Assembly: GCF_036321535.1 (NCBI RefSeq)
Contig: NC_087472.1
Location: 98,334,001 to 98,398,000, forward strand
Source: Camelus dromedarius
Taxonomy: Eukaryota
Length of the DNA: 64,000 nucleotides
Direction of reading: 5' to 3'
Part shown: positions 1 to 13,321 of the stretch, piece after piece
Layout: each line of letters begins with the position of its first letter
Numbering within the stretch: the first letter of the stretch is position 1
Notes under the pieces: generated by a model
What the model saw: only the letters and a program-made list of their open reading frames with translations
What the model was told of the DNA's origin: nothing
Database searches by the model: none
Made by a program: the position numbers and the translations under genes

Positions 1-204
1 TGGATGACAGATTAGAGCCCTTTGGTATTCACTAACTGCCCTTGGGGTGTAGATTAAAGTACATTTTCACTCACAGATCTAACCATTCCTGTGCTCCTCT
101 CCCCACCGCTAATCTCCATGAATGATATTATAAACATCCTTCATGGAAATAAAATAACTCAATAAAATCCCTGTCACTCAGAGTAAAGCAGTGCACAAGG
201 TTAT

Positions 205-801
205 TAAGCCATTGTTTCTCAATTTCAAACTCTTCCTTGTGATGCTGGGGCGGGGGTTCTGCAAACATTTCCACTTTGCCAGCTGTCCCTGTTAGGCTCT
301 GCCTGTGGGGTCACTGGAGACAGACTGCAAAGCTGGAAGACGGAGGAGGGACTGTTCCTTCCGTGTCTGGCATCAGCTGGTGACTACACTTCACTTTATC
401 AGTAGCAATGGCTTCCAGCACCAATTGGTTCCACTTTCCAGGCTGTTTATAGCCCTCCTAGAGCCAGCTCGTCATGCTCTCCTCAGCTCCACGAGGCTGT
501 CTTCTCCCGTGTCTAGACCCCAGCACCAGCCAAGTAACTGCCCCCTTGGAGGTCTTGGACCCAGCTCCATGGGGCCCCTCCTCTGAGCTTCGAGGCTCCA
601 GCACTCTGACTTCTTTCCTGTATTTCCTCAGCCTTGGGGCTGGTACCTACTTCTTGCAGTTACTGTCTTTGTTTTACCTCAGTGTCCCCATCTGGCTTTT
701 CCAACCCTCCAACACTTGCTTTACTAAACCCGTATATTAAATTTTCCCTGTTAAAATAACTGGCCTGGGTTCTATTTTCATACTGGATGCTGAAAAATAC
801 A
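205..801 (+). mobile_element. ERVL solo LTR, LTR33-like
   Basis: Motifs tgtgatgctggggc...ctgcaaac...tttgccagctg...cctgttaggctctgcc and a 3' end ttaaattttccctgttaaaataactgg...aataca resemble the recalled LTR33 consensus. Start boundary approximate. Confidence 0.65.
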
Positions 802-1059
802 GTCGGGGTCTAAAAATAAGAACCGAAGCAGAAAGAAAACATATTCTAGGAGCTTTACAAAGAAAATTTCAACCCAAAAGGTTGGCTTAGAAGGAAAGGA
901 CTAGTAGAATATGATTATCTTTGGATAGCCCAAGATCTAAAATGTCAGTATGGCAGGCCTGTATAAGCTAATCAAAAGATTTTCCAAAATCTAGTTAGCA
1001 CAGTGACCTGCAGCAGATAATGGGGAAGCAGGCACTAAGTGTCTAGGAAGTATAGATAG

Positions 1060-1596
1060 TGTGTTACAGTCTCCAAAGATGGCCCCAGGAATTCCATGCA
1101 CACGCTAGTCTTTACGTCTACGTCAGGTAGAACTTATTTCCCTTCCCTGTGAATCTGAGCTTGCCTTTCAACTGGCTTCATGCTGACATTCTGGGAATTC
1201 TGAGCCCCGTCATTAAGAGAACTGGCAGCTTATGCTTTGTCCTCTGGGGTTGCTTTTCCTGGAGACACTCCCTCTCATAACCCAGGCACTATACTGCGAG
1301 CAGCCTGAGCCACATAGGGAGGCCACAGAAAGGAGACCTGAGGTATGCTGGTAGACAGCCCCAGTTGGGATCCCAGGGGAAGGCCAGCAGTTCCTGCCAG
1401 CCATGTGAGTGAGCCATCTTGAATGTTTCAGACCAGCTGGATCCCCAAATGACTGTGGTCCCACAGGACATCATGTGGAGCAGGAGAACCACCCAGCTGA
1501 GCTCAGTCAACCAAGGGATGGGTGAAAGAGAAAGAAGGGGTTACTTAAATCCCTCAATTTTGGAGCATGTTGTTTACAGCAAAGAGATCCAAAACA
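1060..1596 (+). mobile_element. MaLR LTR, MLT1H-like
   Basis: Begins tgtgttacagtctccaaagatggcccc, contains ccagccatgtgagtgagccatctt, and ends ttgtttacagcaaagagatccaaaaca, typical of MLT1. Confidence 0.7.
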
Positions 1597-2516
1597 GACA
1601 GGAAGTCCAGTTCCTAGATACTGAGAGGCTAAGATCACTGACAGGAAATCACGGTTACTAATGTTGGTCCAACTCACCCCAGCAGGAGTATTTGTACCTC
1701 TACCAAGTGATTCTTTTTAAGATTGTACAGCAGGGTGAAAATTTAATTAGATCATCTGCTACCAGCATTTAGGGAAGGCTCTAAATCCTTTGGGAGGCTG
1801 CTTGGGAGATGGAAGATGGAAGATGAAGCACGTGGACACAGTGAAAGGAGACAACAAAGATACAGGCAAAATCGCCTACATAGAAATGGATAGGAATCCC
1901 TGGAGTGAGTGAAGACAGGAAAGAGGAGAAGGGGAAGTAGAGGGTGAGAAAGCAAGTCAGCGAGTTAGCAAGGACTAGGGTGAGAGTCAGGCTGAGAATG
2001 AGGGGCAGGGTCAACAGGATGCTTGAGAAATTCCTGTTGGTGGGAGGGTGGATGACTTTTAGAACAAGGTCCTCCAGTACTTGGTTATGTGCTGTCAACT
2101 TGGGCCTTGGGAGAATGTTTTCTGTTGAAATTGATGTGGCAGTGAGACCATAGATTCAGAAAATTTTGACAAAGAAATATTTGACATTTGCTAAAAAAAA
2201 AAATTCGTGTGAGAAGAAAGGAGGAGAATAGCTCCAAGCTAGAGCCAAAGGTCAATTTGCCTCAGTTCTTAACACATCAGCTTTAGTGCTTCTCTTATTC
2301 CTCGGTACCGTCCAGGATGCCCCGCCCCGCCCCCACCCCTTCCCAGAAATTGTTTTGGGGTCCACAGGGAATGGAGACTCTTGTATTCATAAAGAAATAT
2401 GCACAACTTCGAAAAGCAATTCAAGTATACATTTGGAAAATCAAGGGAGTCAAAGTAAACAGAACAAGTGTTCACCTGAAAAATATTCAGGTGACTATTA
2501 AAAAGAAAGAATGATA

Positions 2517-3081
2517 ATGTTCATCGCAGCACTATTTACGATAGCTAAGACATGGAAACAACCCAAATGTCCATCGACAGATGACTGGATAAAGAAGATG
2601 TGGTATATATACACAATGGAATACTACTCAGCCATAAAAAAGAATAAAAATGCCATTTGCAGCAACATGGATAGACCTGAAGACTGTCATTCTAAGTGAA
2701 GTGGGCTGGAAGAGAAAGAAAAATGCCATATGACATTATTTATATGAAGAATCTAATTAATAATAATAATAATAAGGACACAAATGAACTAATTATTATT
2801 TTGATTCCTTGAATATGTATAAACACATTTGACTCTCCTTTATGATTAGATTACCACATTCTGTTGATTCTTATTTTGTAGTTGGCTTTATTCCTTTGAT
2901 AACTATGTAAGTTTAAAAAGCTAGAGATCTAATCTGTTTTTAGAAACCATAATTAGTACATATATGAAAACTAAAAAAAAGTGCAATATACTGTATATAT
3001 GTATTTACATGCAATATAATGTGTATGTGCAGTCGAACTGTAATAATTCTACATAATAAAACTGAAAAAAAGAAAAAAAAA
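2517..3081 (+). mobile_element. 5'-truncated L1 (ORF2 C-terminus plus start of 3' UTR) fused to a non-L1 polyadenylated tail
   Basis: ORF 2511-2699 encodes MFIAALFTIAKTWKQPKCPSTDDWIKKMWYIYTMEYYSAIK (L1 ORF2 end). AATAAA at 3055-3060, then a poly(A). Flanking repeat AAAGAATGA(T/C)A at 2506-2516 and 3082-3092. Confidence 0.85.
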
Positions 3082-5244
3082 AAAGAATGACAGTATTCAC
3101 ACCATGTGGTGGTGTGCTCCAGACCCTGGCTAGTGAGAGGGTCCCTATTCTAGCTGGCAGGAACTTCTGGTCTCTAAGCTGGAAGGCACCTTGAGAGCCA
3201 TGGAATTCAGTCCTTTACTTTCCTGATTGTGAAAGTGAAGCTCAGAGAGGTGAAGTGACTTGGCCAAGGTCAAGAGCTGGTTACGCAGCATAGCTGGTAA
3301 GGAAACCTTGCTTTTTGACTCTAATTCTAGGGCTCTTCTGAGAAATAATTTCATGTACTTGTGGTAGATTATATTACTGCTCCCCTAATATTCTCTTTTC
3401 TTCTCTCCCTTCAGTACCCTTCCCCTGTGGTTCATGGTCTCTTTTCCTTTTACCTCACCAGCCTTAGTGACTAGGACTTGGAGCAGTCCTGTGCTAGACA
3501 TGTAGTATGAGGAGACATAGCCTTTGCCAGTTGTAAGCCACAGACGTTTTGGACTTGTTTTTACCACAGGCTAACCTAGCCTATCCTGACTATTGCAATT
3601 TCCTTCTGCCTTATAAGCAAGCTGACTTGCAAGTGAGGGAATGTCTTATCCATTGGCCTGCCTGGAAACTACATTTCCATTCAAGCTATTGATTTGGAAT
3701 GCTGCTACAAAATCATCTCCTATGAGTCTAGGTTAGATCTGAATGGATCTAATCAATCTGGTTAACTGAAGCATCAGAGCCAGGAATTTAGAAAAGAGAG
3801 AGTGACCTTGAAGCCTTTCCTGACTATCCCTTCCTCCACTAGAGAGAAAGCAAGGGAGAGAGGTAGGAGGGTGAGGAGAAGAGGGCCAGGCCAAGAAAGG
3901 GAGTGGGGGATTGCAGACAGGCCAAATTTCCTGACTTTATACTTTGGTGTAGGGCCAATCTTGAGAGTTAGCTCTGTACCCGAGCCTTAGAAGGTTCTTC
4001 CTTACCTGATACCATGTGGCCCACCATCTCTCAGGAGGCCGTTCCTAATCCCTAGTCAGGGGCAGAAGGAAATTTTGAGATGGTGGCTTTGGGACTCTAT
4101 CTTAAACATTACATTTCAATTTCCATCCTAGCAGTCCAAAACTTTTTATGTATTCTATATTGCTCATTGTTTCATAATCAATTTTAAATTATCACAGAGG
4201 TTGAATTAGGGTAGTCATTGGTTATTACTTATCACGTTGTGTCATTAATGTCACCCATGTGTGTCATTAAAGTGAATCAGCTTAAGGTGAGGTAATGGTG
4301 ACCCTAGAATTGAATTATGTCATCAGAGAGTCACTCTTTGGCTGAAAATATTGTACACCTGCCTTGTGACTCACACATTATCCAGAAGCAAATCCCAAAC
4401 ACCCAATTTAGATAAAATACTATTTCTGAGCTTTTAGAATTTTGGTAATTCCCCTTGTCAGAGGCCGAGTTACCTAAAGGTGTCCCCAAAGTCAGAGGGT
4501 GATTCACTTTCATTATTACAACTTCAAAACCCTAGGTCATTAAACAGTCCTCATATTTTAACCCAAATTTTATATATTTTAAGAAGTCAGGAGTAACGTT
4601 TAAAAGGAGCCCTGAAGGAAATCAAGATGTATAAAAAGCCTTCTTAAAATGAATTTTATATTTGGTACTTCACGGACGAGAAAGGCACAAAGCAATTAAA
4701 ACAGACAGGAGCAAGCTTTGTGTTTCAAATATCGACACCTCCTGACTCCAGCAGTTAAGACCAAAGCTATTTCTCGGCAGCACTGGGCAGGCAGCCATAA
4801 AATCTCTCTGAAGTAACTGCATAAGAAATAAGATGTTTTGTTTATGTACTGTTAGAAGTTCATGAAGACTCCATCACGTGGGAATGTTAAGTATAATCCA
4901 AGTGACAGCTCTATCCTAACATACGCCATGTCTGATCTTGCCTGGCCCGGAGCAGCCCAGCCATGGGGACTACTCTTTTCACAAATATTTGGATTAGACA
5001 CTCTCCATTTGGGCTTCTAACTAACACAGTGTGTCATGTCCAGATGAAGTGGTCGTCACTGCCCGATGGGTGCCACCACGACCTTCCACCACAGCACTAG
5101 GGAAAGGCACCAGACACTGGGGGCCAAGGACTGAATGAATGACAGTGCCCAGCATTCCTTCTTTACCCACGTGCTTCCTACTGCCTCTGTGAGCTGCATT
5201 TTTGCCATGTTTGGTTCAAAGGACTGCAAAGTTTACTTGGATAA

Positions 5245-5500
5245 GAGACAGCATAGTGCTTAAGAGCATGGATTCCGGGGCCAGGCTGCCCTGCTTCAAA
5301 TCCTGGTTCTGCCATTTATGAGCTGTGTGCCTTTGAGCAAGTTCCTTAACCTTTCTGTGTCTCAGTTTCCTTGTACAGAAAATGAGTAGTACACTTATAA
5401 GGTCGTTATGACGATTAAATGAGTTTGGGCATCTAAAGGGCACAGAGCATGCTGTTCCTGGCGCATAGTAAATGCTACCTAAGTGTCAGCTATCACTGGT
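5245..5500 (+). mobile_element. MIR SINE
   Basis: Core ttcaaatcctggttctgccatttatgagctgtgtgcctttgagcaagttccttaacctttctgtgtctcagtttcc and 3' cctggcgcatagtaaatgct. Further MIR relics at ~3180-3340, 11900-12420, 19780-20160, 27700-27900, 42730-42900 and 43485-43680. Confidence 0.85.
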
Positions 5501-6199
5501 TAGCTGTCATTGCTTCTGGTGACATTTGCTGTGATTTGGAATTGCATCTGTCAGGAAAGGGTCTATCTGGTTTATCAGGACATTCAGTTGCCAGGACACC
5601 TAGAAAGCCTATCACTGGAACTAATTTGAGGCCCTGGCTTCCTCAGGGACAACTGAGGAGACCAGCATTTTAGGGGCAGTTTCACTAAACTTTGTTGCTG
5701 GGTAGGGCCTGGTAGCCCCAGCATGGTAATGGCACCCCCATCACCTGACTGGGGCCAGGGCAGGAGTTCCTGACATCGATGCAAGGATGGACAGTGAACA
5801 GGTAGCAGCAGCTAAGCTCCTGGAAGGGGATGATGATGGACTTCACCATTATTTCTTATATGAAGAGAGTATTTCATGCACACAGTTTGAGGTTAAGAGG
5901 ATTGTTCCAAAAACATTTGTCTGTGCTAAAGACCTTCAACCAACGTTTTAGTCCTGTACAGGCCCTGACCCATCTGAACAGGAGTGTTAGAAGCCCCAGC
6001 CTTGTTGGAAATGGGGATCTGGAGTTGTCTGGCTGCCCAAGCCTGGAATCTGGGGTGCTGCTGAGTGGGGAGAACTTGGACCCCAGTATATTCCATCAAA
6101 CTGCAGTCTCCCTGCCACAATGTGACAGATACTGTTGGCTGGTTATCCTAGAACCATTCCTCTTTATCCTTTGCCTACCTCACACTGTAGAAGTGCAAA

Positions 6200-6578
6200 G
6201 TCAAACACCACGTGTTCTTGTGGGTAGTCAGGTGATACAGCTCTGGCCAAGGAGACATAAGGAGAACTCTTCAGAAAAATATTTTCCCCTGCTTTCTGCC
6301 TTAGGGGACATTTATGTGAGGATATGATGCTTACAGCTGTGATAACCATTTTGTGACCATTAGATAGCAAGTCCAAGGGCAAAAAAGCCAATATGCTGAG
6401 GAATGGTAGAGGGGAAGGATGGAAAAACCTGAAATCTCTATGTCCTTAATGAGCTGCTGAATGAATCCTGGACTGCTTACCTCTGGACTCTATTTTAAAC
6501 AGTAGATGCTCTTCAGATGTAAGCCACTGTTAGCTGTTTTCCTGTCACTTACAGCCAGAAGCATTTCCAAATGATACC
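6200..6578 (+). mobile_element. MaLR LTR relic (MLT1J/K/L-like)
   Basis: 3' end aagccactgttagctgttttcctgtcacttacagccagaagcatttccaaatgatac. Start approximate. Confidence 0.6.
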
Positions 6579-8168
6579 TTAACTTTCAGTCTGTGTGTCT
6601 AGTTTGTGTACCTGAACTGCTGTCTTTTCTCCTGATTTGCATATCCTTTGGCTCTGAGTTGGGCCCTTGTTTGACCAGGTGTTGGTAGCCTTCCCAGCTC
6701 TTGAATTTCCCTCTCTCCAAGGTGCTGGAGTTGACTATCCTCAGCCACTAACCAAGACCCAAGGGTGCTCCGCTTACCTACACTCAGGTGCAGAATCTGG
6801 CCATTCTCGCCGTGGTGTCCCATTCACTGAATCGCACCCTTTCTGTGCTGATGTCCTTCCAGATCCAAGACTTTCCTTTTATTTGGAACATTGTGATTTG
6901 AACTACAGGCCACCCAAGGCAAGACCAGCTCCCTTAGTTCCAGGCTTGCCCAGTTCTGTCTTCTGCATACCTCCCTGATAAACCTTTGGCCAGGGTGACA
7001 TCCCAGCATAGCTGCTGGGACTCATACGACCTGGAAAGTTAAGGCCCAGAAACAGCTCCTCTCAGTGCTGAAAATCTGGGTTCTCAGTGCCCTGCTCCTT
7101 CGAATTTCTCATGCTACTGACTTCATTTTGACCTTGGCCAAGAAACCTGATCTTAATCCCTGCACTGCATCTGTTCAGCGTGGTATTTTGGAAAAGAGGC
7201 CTGGATTTTAAGACTGAGGAGGATTTGGCTCTAGTCCTGTCTCTTCCACAAACAAACCAAACTAGGCTGCTACTGATCCTTTCTGGGCTTCTATTTGCCG
7301 TGTACAAAATGGAGCAGCGAGCCTTTGACTGACACTGCTATTTACATATTCTAGGAAGTGAATTGCAAACTTAGAGACACAATAAAAATTATAGAGTACA
7401 CCTTAAAGAAATTACTTAGAACATTGAGGGACCTTTCCATAACTATTCACAGTGTCGTTCTAAATTTGAGGTTTGGGGAGTATTAATGAAAATTTCACTG
7501 GAGCCCATCTTAATTTTTCAAAAATCACATTAATTTTCCTCCCAGGGTTTTCTAACACACCAGAAATAAATTACAGAAAGGAGAAGAAAAATAGCACTAA
7601 CCAGTAATTCTTCCCAGCTGTAAACCTTGCTTTTCCTGTGAATTAAGTCTTTGATCCCTAAAAATCTGTTTTGCTCTTGGATAAATTCCAGAGACACTGC
7701 CTTCTTGGGGAAGCACCAGTGCCAGGGAAAGAATGGCTGTTCAGGGATGAAATTTCTCCCATGATTGTGCTGATCCAAGGAAGAAGCTTGAGGAATGGGG
7801 GTGGAGGCACAAGCTCTGTGTTGCCACGTTGTAATGCAAGGTGCCTTATCCCTTTTTCAATGTACTCTGCTCCTTCTCTTCACTGTTGTAAGGAACGCAG
7901 GCCCTGACTCTTTTCCTTATGACTGTATTTGTCTTTGTAACTCTGCAGGACCGTGGCAGTCCTGCTGAATAAACTCTGCTGGAAATGGCAAGGCCTTTAG
8001 TGTACAGTCAATTATCCTTATGTAAGCTCATCTGTTTTTCATATCTGAGCGTTTCCATGCGCCAGTTATGGTCCACAGATGTCCTGAAATGCACAGCGGG
8101 TGCAGGGCACCAAAAAAACAAAGCCCATTTGGGGTAACTCAGATTGTGCTGGTGATGGAGACCACTTT

Positions 8169-8449
8169 TTTTTTCTAATTTTGTTTTTTATTGCAGTGTA
8201 GTTGATTTTCAATGTTAGTTCCAGGTGTACAACAAAGTGATTCAGTTATACACACACATAAATTCTTTTTCATATCTTTTCTATTATGTTATTATGAGAT
8301 ATTGAATATAGTTCCCTGTGCTGTACAGTAGGTCCTTGTTGTTTTTCTACTGTATATATAGCAGTGTGTATCTGTTAATCCCCAGCTCCTAATTTATCCC
8401 TTCCCCGCCCTTTCTCCTTTGGTAACCATAAGTTTGTTTTCTATGTCCG
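8169..8449 (-). mobile_element. L1 3' UTR fragment (artiodactyl/camelid type)
   Basis: Poly(T) followed by gtacaacaaagtgattcagttata...ttccctgtgctgtacagtagg. TSD tggagaccacttt (8156-8168) / tggagactgcttt (8450-8462). Confidence 0.85.
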
Positions 8450-8469
8450 TGGAGACTGCTTTTTTTTAA

Positions 8470-9050
8470 AACAGGTTTTAAAGTTATGGCAAAATATATG
8501 TAACATAATATTGGTCATGTTAACCGTTTGCAAGTGTACAATTCACTGGCATTAATTATATTCAGGATACTGTGCACCCATCACCATGATCTACACCCTA
8601 AACATTTTCATCATCCCCAATAGAAACTCTGTACCCATTAAACAATAGCTCCTTGTTCTTTCCTTCCTGCAGCCCTTGGTAACCTCTATTCTGCTCTCGT
8701 TCTATGAATTTACCTATTCTAGTTATTTCACATAAGTAGAATCATACATTTGTCCTTTTATGTCTGACTTCTTTCACTTAGCATAATGTTTTAAAGGTTC
8801 ATCCATGTTGTGGCATCTGTCAGATTTCATTCCTTTTTATGGCTGAATAATGTTCCATTGTATGGTAAGGTCACCTTGTGTTTACCCATTTATCTGCCGA
8901 TAGACACTTGGGCTGTTCCCACCTTTTGGCTATTACGAATAGTTCTGCTACAAACATTTGTGCACAGAGATCTGTTTGAGTCTCTGCTTTCAGTTCTTTG
9001 GGGTATATACCTAGGAGTGGGCCTGCTGAGTCATGTGGTTTTTACATGTT
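8470..9050 (-). mobile_element. Older L1M (L1MB-like) 3' fragment
   Basis: aagtgtacaattcactggcatt...catcatccccaatagaaactctgtacccattaaacaata...ctttcacttagcataatgttttaaaggttcatccatgttgt. Confidence 0.75.
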
Positions 9051-12000
9051 GACACGGTGTCAGTAGTACCCACACAGGCAGTAAGGGTTTGCCAAGACAG
9101 GACACGTAGCCACATCCAGCCACATCCAGAGGGCTGAGGCAAGGATCAGAGCCAAGTGCAAGAAGAAATTGCTGGAAGAGAGGAGTCATGATGTTCTCCT
9201 ATAAGATGCTGAGATTCAGTTAGGCCCACAGTGAAGCCAGAAGCAGCCAGGTGAAGTGTCCCTTTGTAGAAAGACTGCAAGAGCTCCAGGGAGGGTGGAG
9301 CAGAGCAGACAGGAAGACTGAGCAGCCAGGAAGGCCAGATGCAGAGGGTCAAAGGGTGGCCATGTAGTAAAGAACCAGAGAATCCACAGGAACCAAGTGA
9401 CAGGGACAGTGGGGGTCAGAGGCCACACTAGCTGTCCAGGAAGCAATATGGGCCCGGGAAACAGACAAGCCTTGATCCTGTGGGCATTTCCCCCCAAGCT
9501 AGAAAGCCTCTTCTATCCCTCCTGCTGTTACAGGGAGAAAGCACTGATGGCTTTTGGCTGGTGGGGGAGGGTATGTAGATAAGGGCAGACCCTGACCTAA
9601 GCTTTCCAGTGGGAAAGGGTCTCCAAAGCACTTTCCTTTTGGAGACTAAAGTGAGCAGCTAAAGGTCAGGATGACCCACCACCCTGGACTGTGATATGAA
9701 CAACTACTACAAAACAGTATGTTTTTATGCCAGATTGCACCCAAGGGTAAGTATATTGCATCTGTACCAAGCAAATTTTCTTTTAGGAGGCCAAGAGACA
9801 CACATACTGAATTCTAGGTGATGACTAATTCTCAACTACTTGGCTTAAAGATAACTACAGAGGCCATTCCAGGCCATTGCCATTGCGGTCAGTAATTCCA
9901 TGAGGGCACAAAGCAGGTGGCAGCCTAATCCCCTGCCGTACAGCCTGCTGGGAAAGGAGTTCACACCCTCATCTCCAGGTTCATCCCTGGGGCAGGGGCA
10001 ACAATAGAAAAGGTCATCTAGTGAAGACAGCCAGGAGAACAGATGCCCCGGACAAATCCTGGGGAGCCGAGCGCTCAGCCAGAACTGTACAGCTCTGCAC
10101 GTTCGGGCACACTGAGCGACGCTACATAAATCCTGGATGGTACAAAACCTGCTTGGCTGGAAACCTCAGGTGGTTTTCGAAGTGGCCTTCTAGATCAAAT
10201 TATTTCTGGGGTCAGAAGTTGCAAAGCCCAATCAGGCCCTATCTGTCAGGTTTATTGCGACTAATTTATACTAAAAAGAGTATCCAGATATTAGGAAAGG
10301 TTCCTCTGCCACATCCCTGCTACAGAGAATCGCAGCAGTGCTTCCAGAAAGCACCCGAATGCTGCTTTGAATTTTCACAATGCATAAGCCAAGCAGAGAG
10401 AATGTACATTATGAGAGAATTTAGCTCGTGTTCCTTCCCTCAGGCATTCTAAAACAGGCCGCAAGAGGAATGGGTTCAGCTGCAGAAAGTCCTGTGCCTT
10501 CCGGCATCTGATGTGTTTTTTTAGGCCAGCCCCTTTCTCTGGTGGGGTCTCACACCCTCCCACTTTGTGCAAATCGGAGCTCCTCTAGGCTCAGAGATGA
10601 CTTTTATGAAACTCTCCCTGGGATTGCTTGCTGCTCCCACAGTCTTCTCTCTCCTCTGAAAACCTAGTCACTTTCCATATTTCGTTTTATTTGTGTACCT
10701 TAAAATCTCCTCCACTGTCTGGTAAACTTCTTGAGGTCACATGCTTTTTCCTTCATTTTTCCATTTCCCCAGTATGCCTTGCAGTTAAGAGGCATGCAGG
10801 AGATATTTATAGAGATATTTCCTGAATAAATTCATGAATATAGAAGCAAATTATATTTAGCACAACTTTTTGGAATCCCTATTCCATACAATTGTGCTAG
10901 TATATTTTGGGAAAGAGTTCCTAAGTATCTGATTTAGATGCCCAGTGTTTCAATATATCTACTTTTCCCCTGCCTTTTTCTTAGTAGAAAAAGCACCATC
11001 TGCTGCGTAGTATTACTTAACTAATTAATTAAATGATTAATTAGGTCCTAAATGCGTCCGCAGCTCCTCCTTCTTCAGGCTGGCGAACTCCTCCTTTCCG
11101 TCCTCCGTTTTCTACTGCCTGTGCCTTAGTTTTCTCGGCAGTGAAATAGGTCTGTATGTTACCTCACGAGGTTGACATTGTGAACACAAAATAATACAGT
11201 GATTCGAAATGTTTGGAAAAGCGATCAGTGCCAGGCAAAATGATCCTGGACCAGGAACCTTTCAAAAGACTGTGTAGAATGACACATTTGACTGTCTGGG
11301 GGAAGACAGGGCCATAGAAGAAGTTATCAGCCATAATGAGCTCTGGGGAGACTGTGCACCATGAGTTTTGCGAGGAACAGGCAGAGAGCAGGACTAAGGA
11401 CATTTCCTCCATTAATCATGGGCCGCAGAACAGAGCTCTCCTGTGTACCCACTTAATCAAAACAGCACACCTCCCCTCCAAAGCAGCCAGCACCTAAACC
11501 ACACAACTGAGTTATTTCAAAGTCACAGGAGTTGCCTTCCAGAACAAGACAGCCTATTAAAAAATGAATAATGTGCATTTCTTCCTGGAAAGAACAAATC
11601 AATACCCCTCAGTAGGCCCAGTGCCACCCACCAGCCTCTGCACAGTAGTTCGCCTTTATCCAGAAGGAGGGGACGGAAGGGACTCCGCAGTGAAAACAGT
11701 TCACATCTCTCCCCTCAGAGGCTGAGTCTGAAGCAAAGGAAGTTCACCTCCCCCAAAGAGTTCATTATACATCTCAGCTACGATGGATTCTCTGGGGGCA
11801 AATATTTCCTTCTGAACTCCACGTAGACGTTAGGCTCGGATTGCTCAGAGAAGTACAAGCGTTCATTTTATAGATTCAACTACCAATCCCTTTACAGTTC
11901 CATTCAGTTAAACAGACATGCATTTTTAGTCTAATATTTTTGAGTTTCTGCTATGCACCAGACACTGTGCTAAACATTCTTTATGAATTGTCACTTAATT

Positions 12001-12749
12001 CTCTTATTTTATAAAGAAGGAGATTGACACTAGACAGTGTAAGTTGTATGCCCAAAGTTCCACAGCTGGTAAACAGGAGAGCTGGGTTCTGAACCTGCGT
12101 CTCTGGGGCTCCAGGGTCCTTTCTTTTAACCACTAGGCTACACTGTCATTTGCTGTTGGCAGGCAGTGTATTAAGTGCTAATAAGCACACAGGAATGAAT
12201 CAGATTGGCTTCTTGCCCCCAAGTGAGAGAGGCTGGTATATTATCTTGCCTATCTTACTTAACTTAAATTTAGAGTTTACTGGATATCATAACCCACTGT
12301 AAGGTAGAAAATGAAGGGCCACCGAGCTGAAGGTCTTGTCCAAAGTCTGGTTAGTAAGTGACAGAATAGGGATTCGAACCCAGGCGACGTAATCTGACTC
12401 CACAGACTGTGCCACATTTCTCCCTGCAAATGTTTGCAAATAGGTATTCACCCAAGGTGTGATGATCTCTTTAACTGAGTAAGTAGAGTATAACATAATC
12501 ACAGCTTGGGGTGAGGAGTCAGGGACAGCAGATTTGGGGCTTATATGGTGCCACCAAGGGAGGTGGCAGAGGTGAGAAGGGCATTCCTTGCCACAGGCCC
12601 CAAGAGCAGGAAAGTGTATCTGTGTCCATCACACACAGCTCCTCACTTCAGTGCTGCTTTCAAAGTGACCTGATGGCCCAGACATTGCAGAGCAGTCTCC
12701 CAAGACCAGTGGTTTGGTTTGTCGTTTTCTGGTTTTGTTCTGGTTTTTA

Positions 12750-13285
12750 CTTTTTATTGAGGTTTTCCTTACATATAGTAAAGTGCTCTAATCTTACATG
12801 TACAGCTTGATGAATTTTCACACAAGTATACACCCACGTAGACACCACTCAGAGTAAGACACAGATCATATTCACAGTTCCAGAAGGTTTCTTCATGCCT
12901 TTTGCCAGTTGATACCCATACCACTCTCCTGAGATAATCAGTATTCTGACCTCTATCACCTCTATCAGTTGGTTTTGTCAGTTCTTGAATTTTACACAAA
13001 TAGAATCATATGATTCCTTCTAAGATTCCTTCATGTGATTGTGTGTAGCAGGAGTCAGTTCTTTTCAAGGCTGTCTCATTTCCACTGTATGAGCAGACCT
13101 CAATTTAGTCATCCATTTCAATGGTCATGGATATCTGAGTTGTTTCTAGGTTGATGGATATTATAAATAAAAGTGCTCTGAGCGTTCTTTTGTTGTTTGT
13201 TGGACATACACTGTCACTTGAGTATATACCAAGGAGTTGAGCTGTCAAATCAAAAGGGGTGTGTGTGTGTGTGTAGCCAAAAGGT

Positions 13286-13321
<36 letters not shown>

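Noticed and set aside
5830..6327. 165-aa ORF
   Set aside because: No recognisable domain, runs into an MLT1 relic, and has no exon or promoter support; chance ORF.
10021..10452. 143-aa ORF
   Set aside because: GTG start and no recognisable protein similarity.
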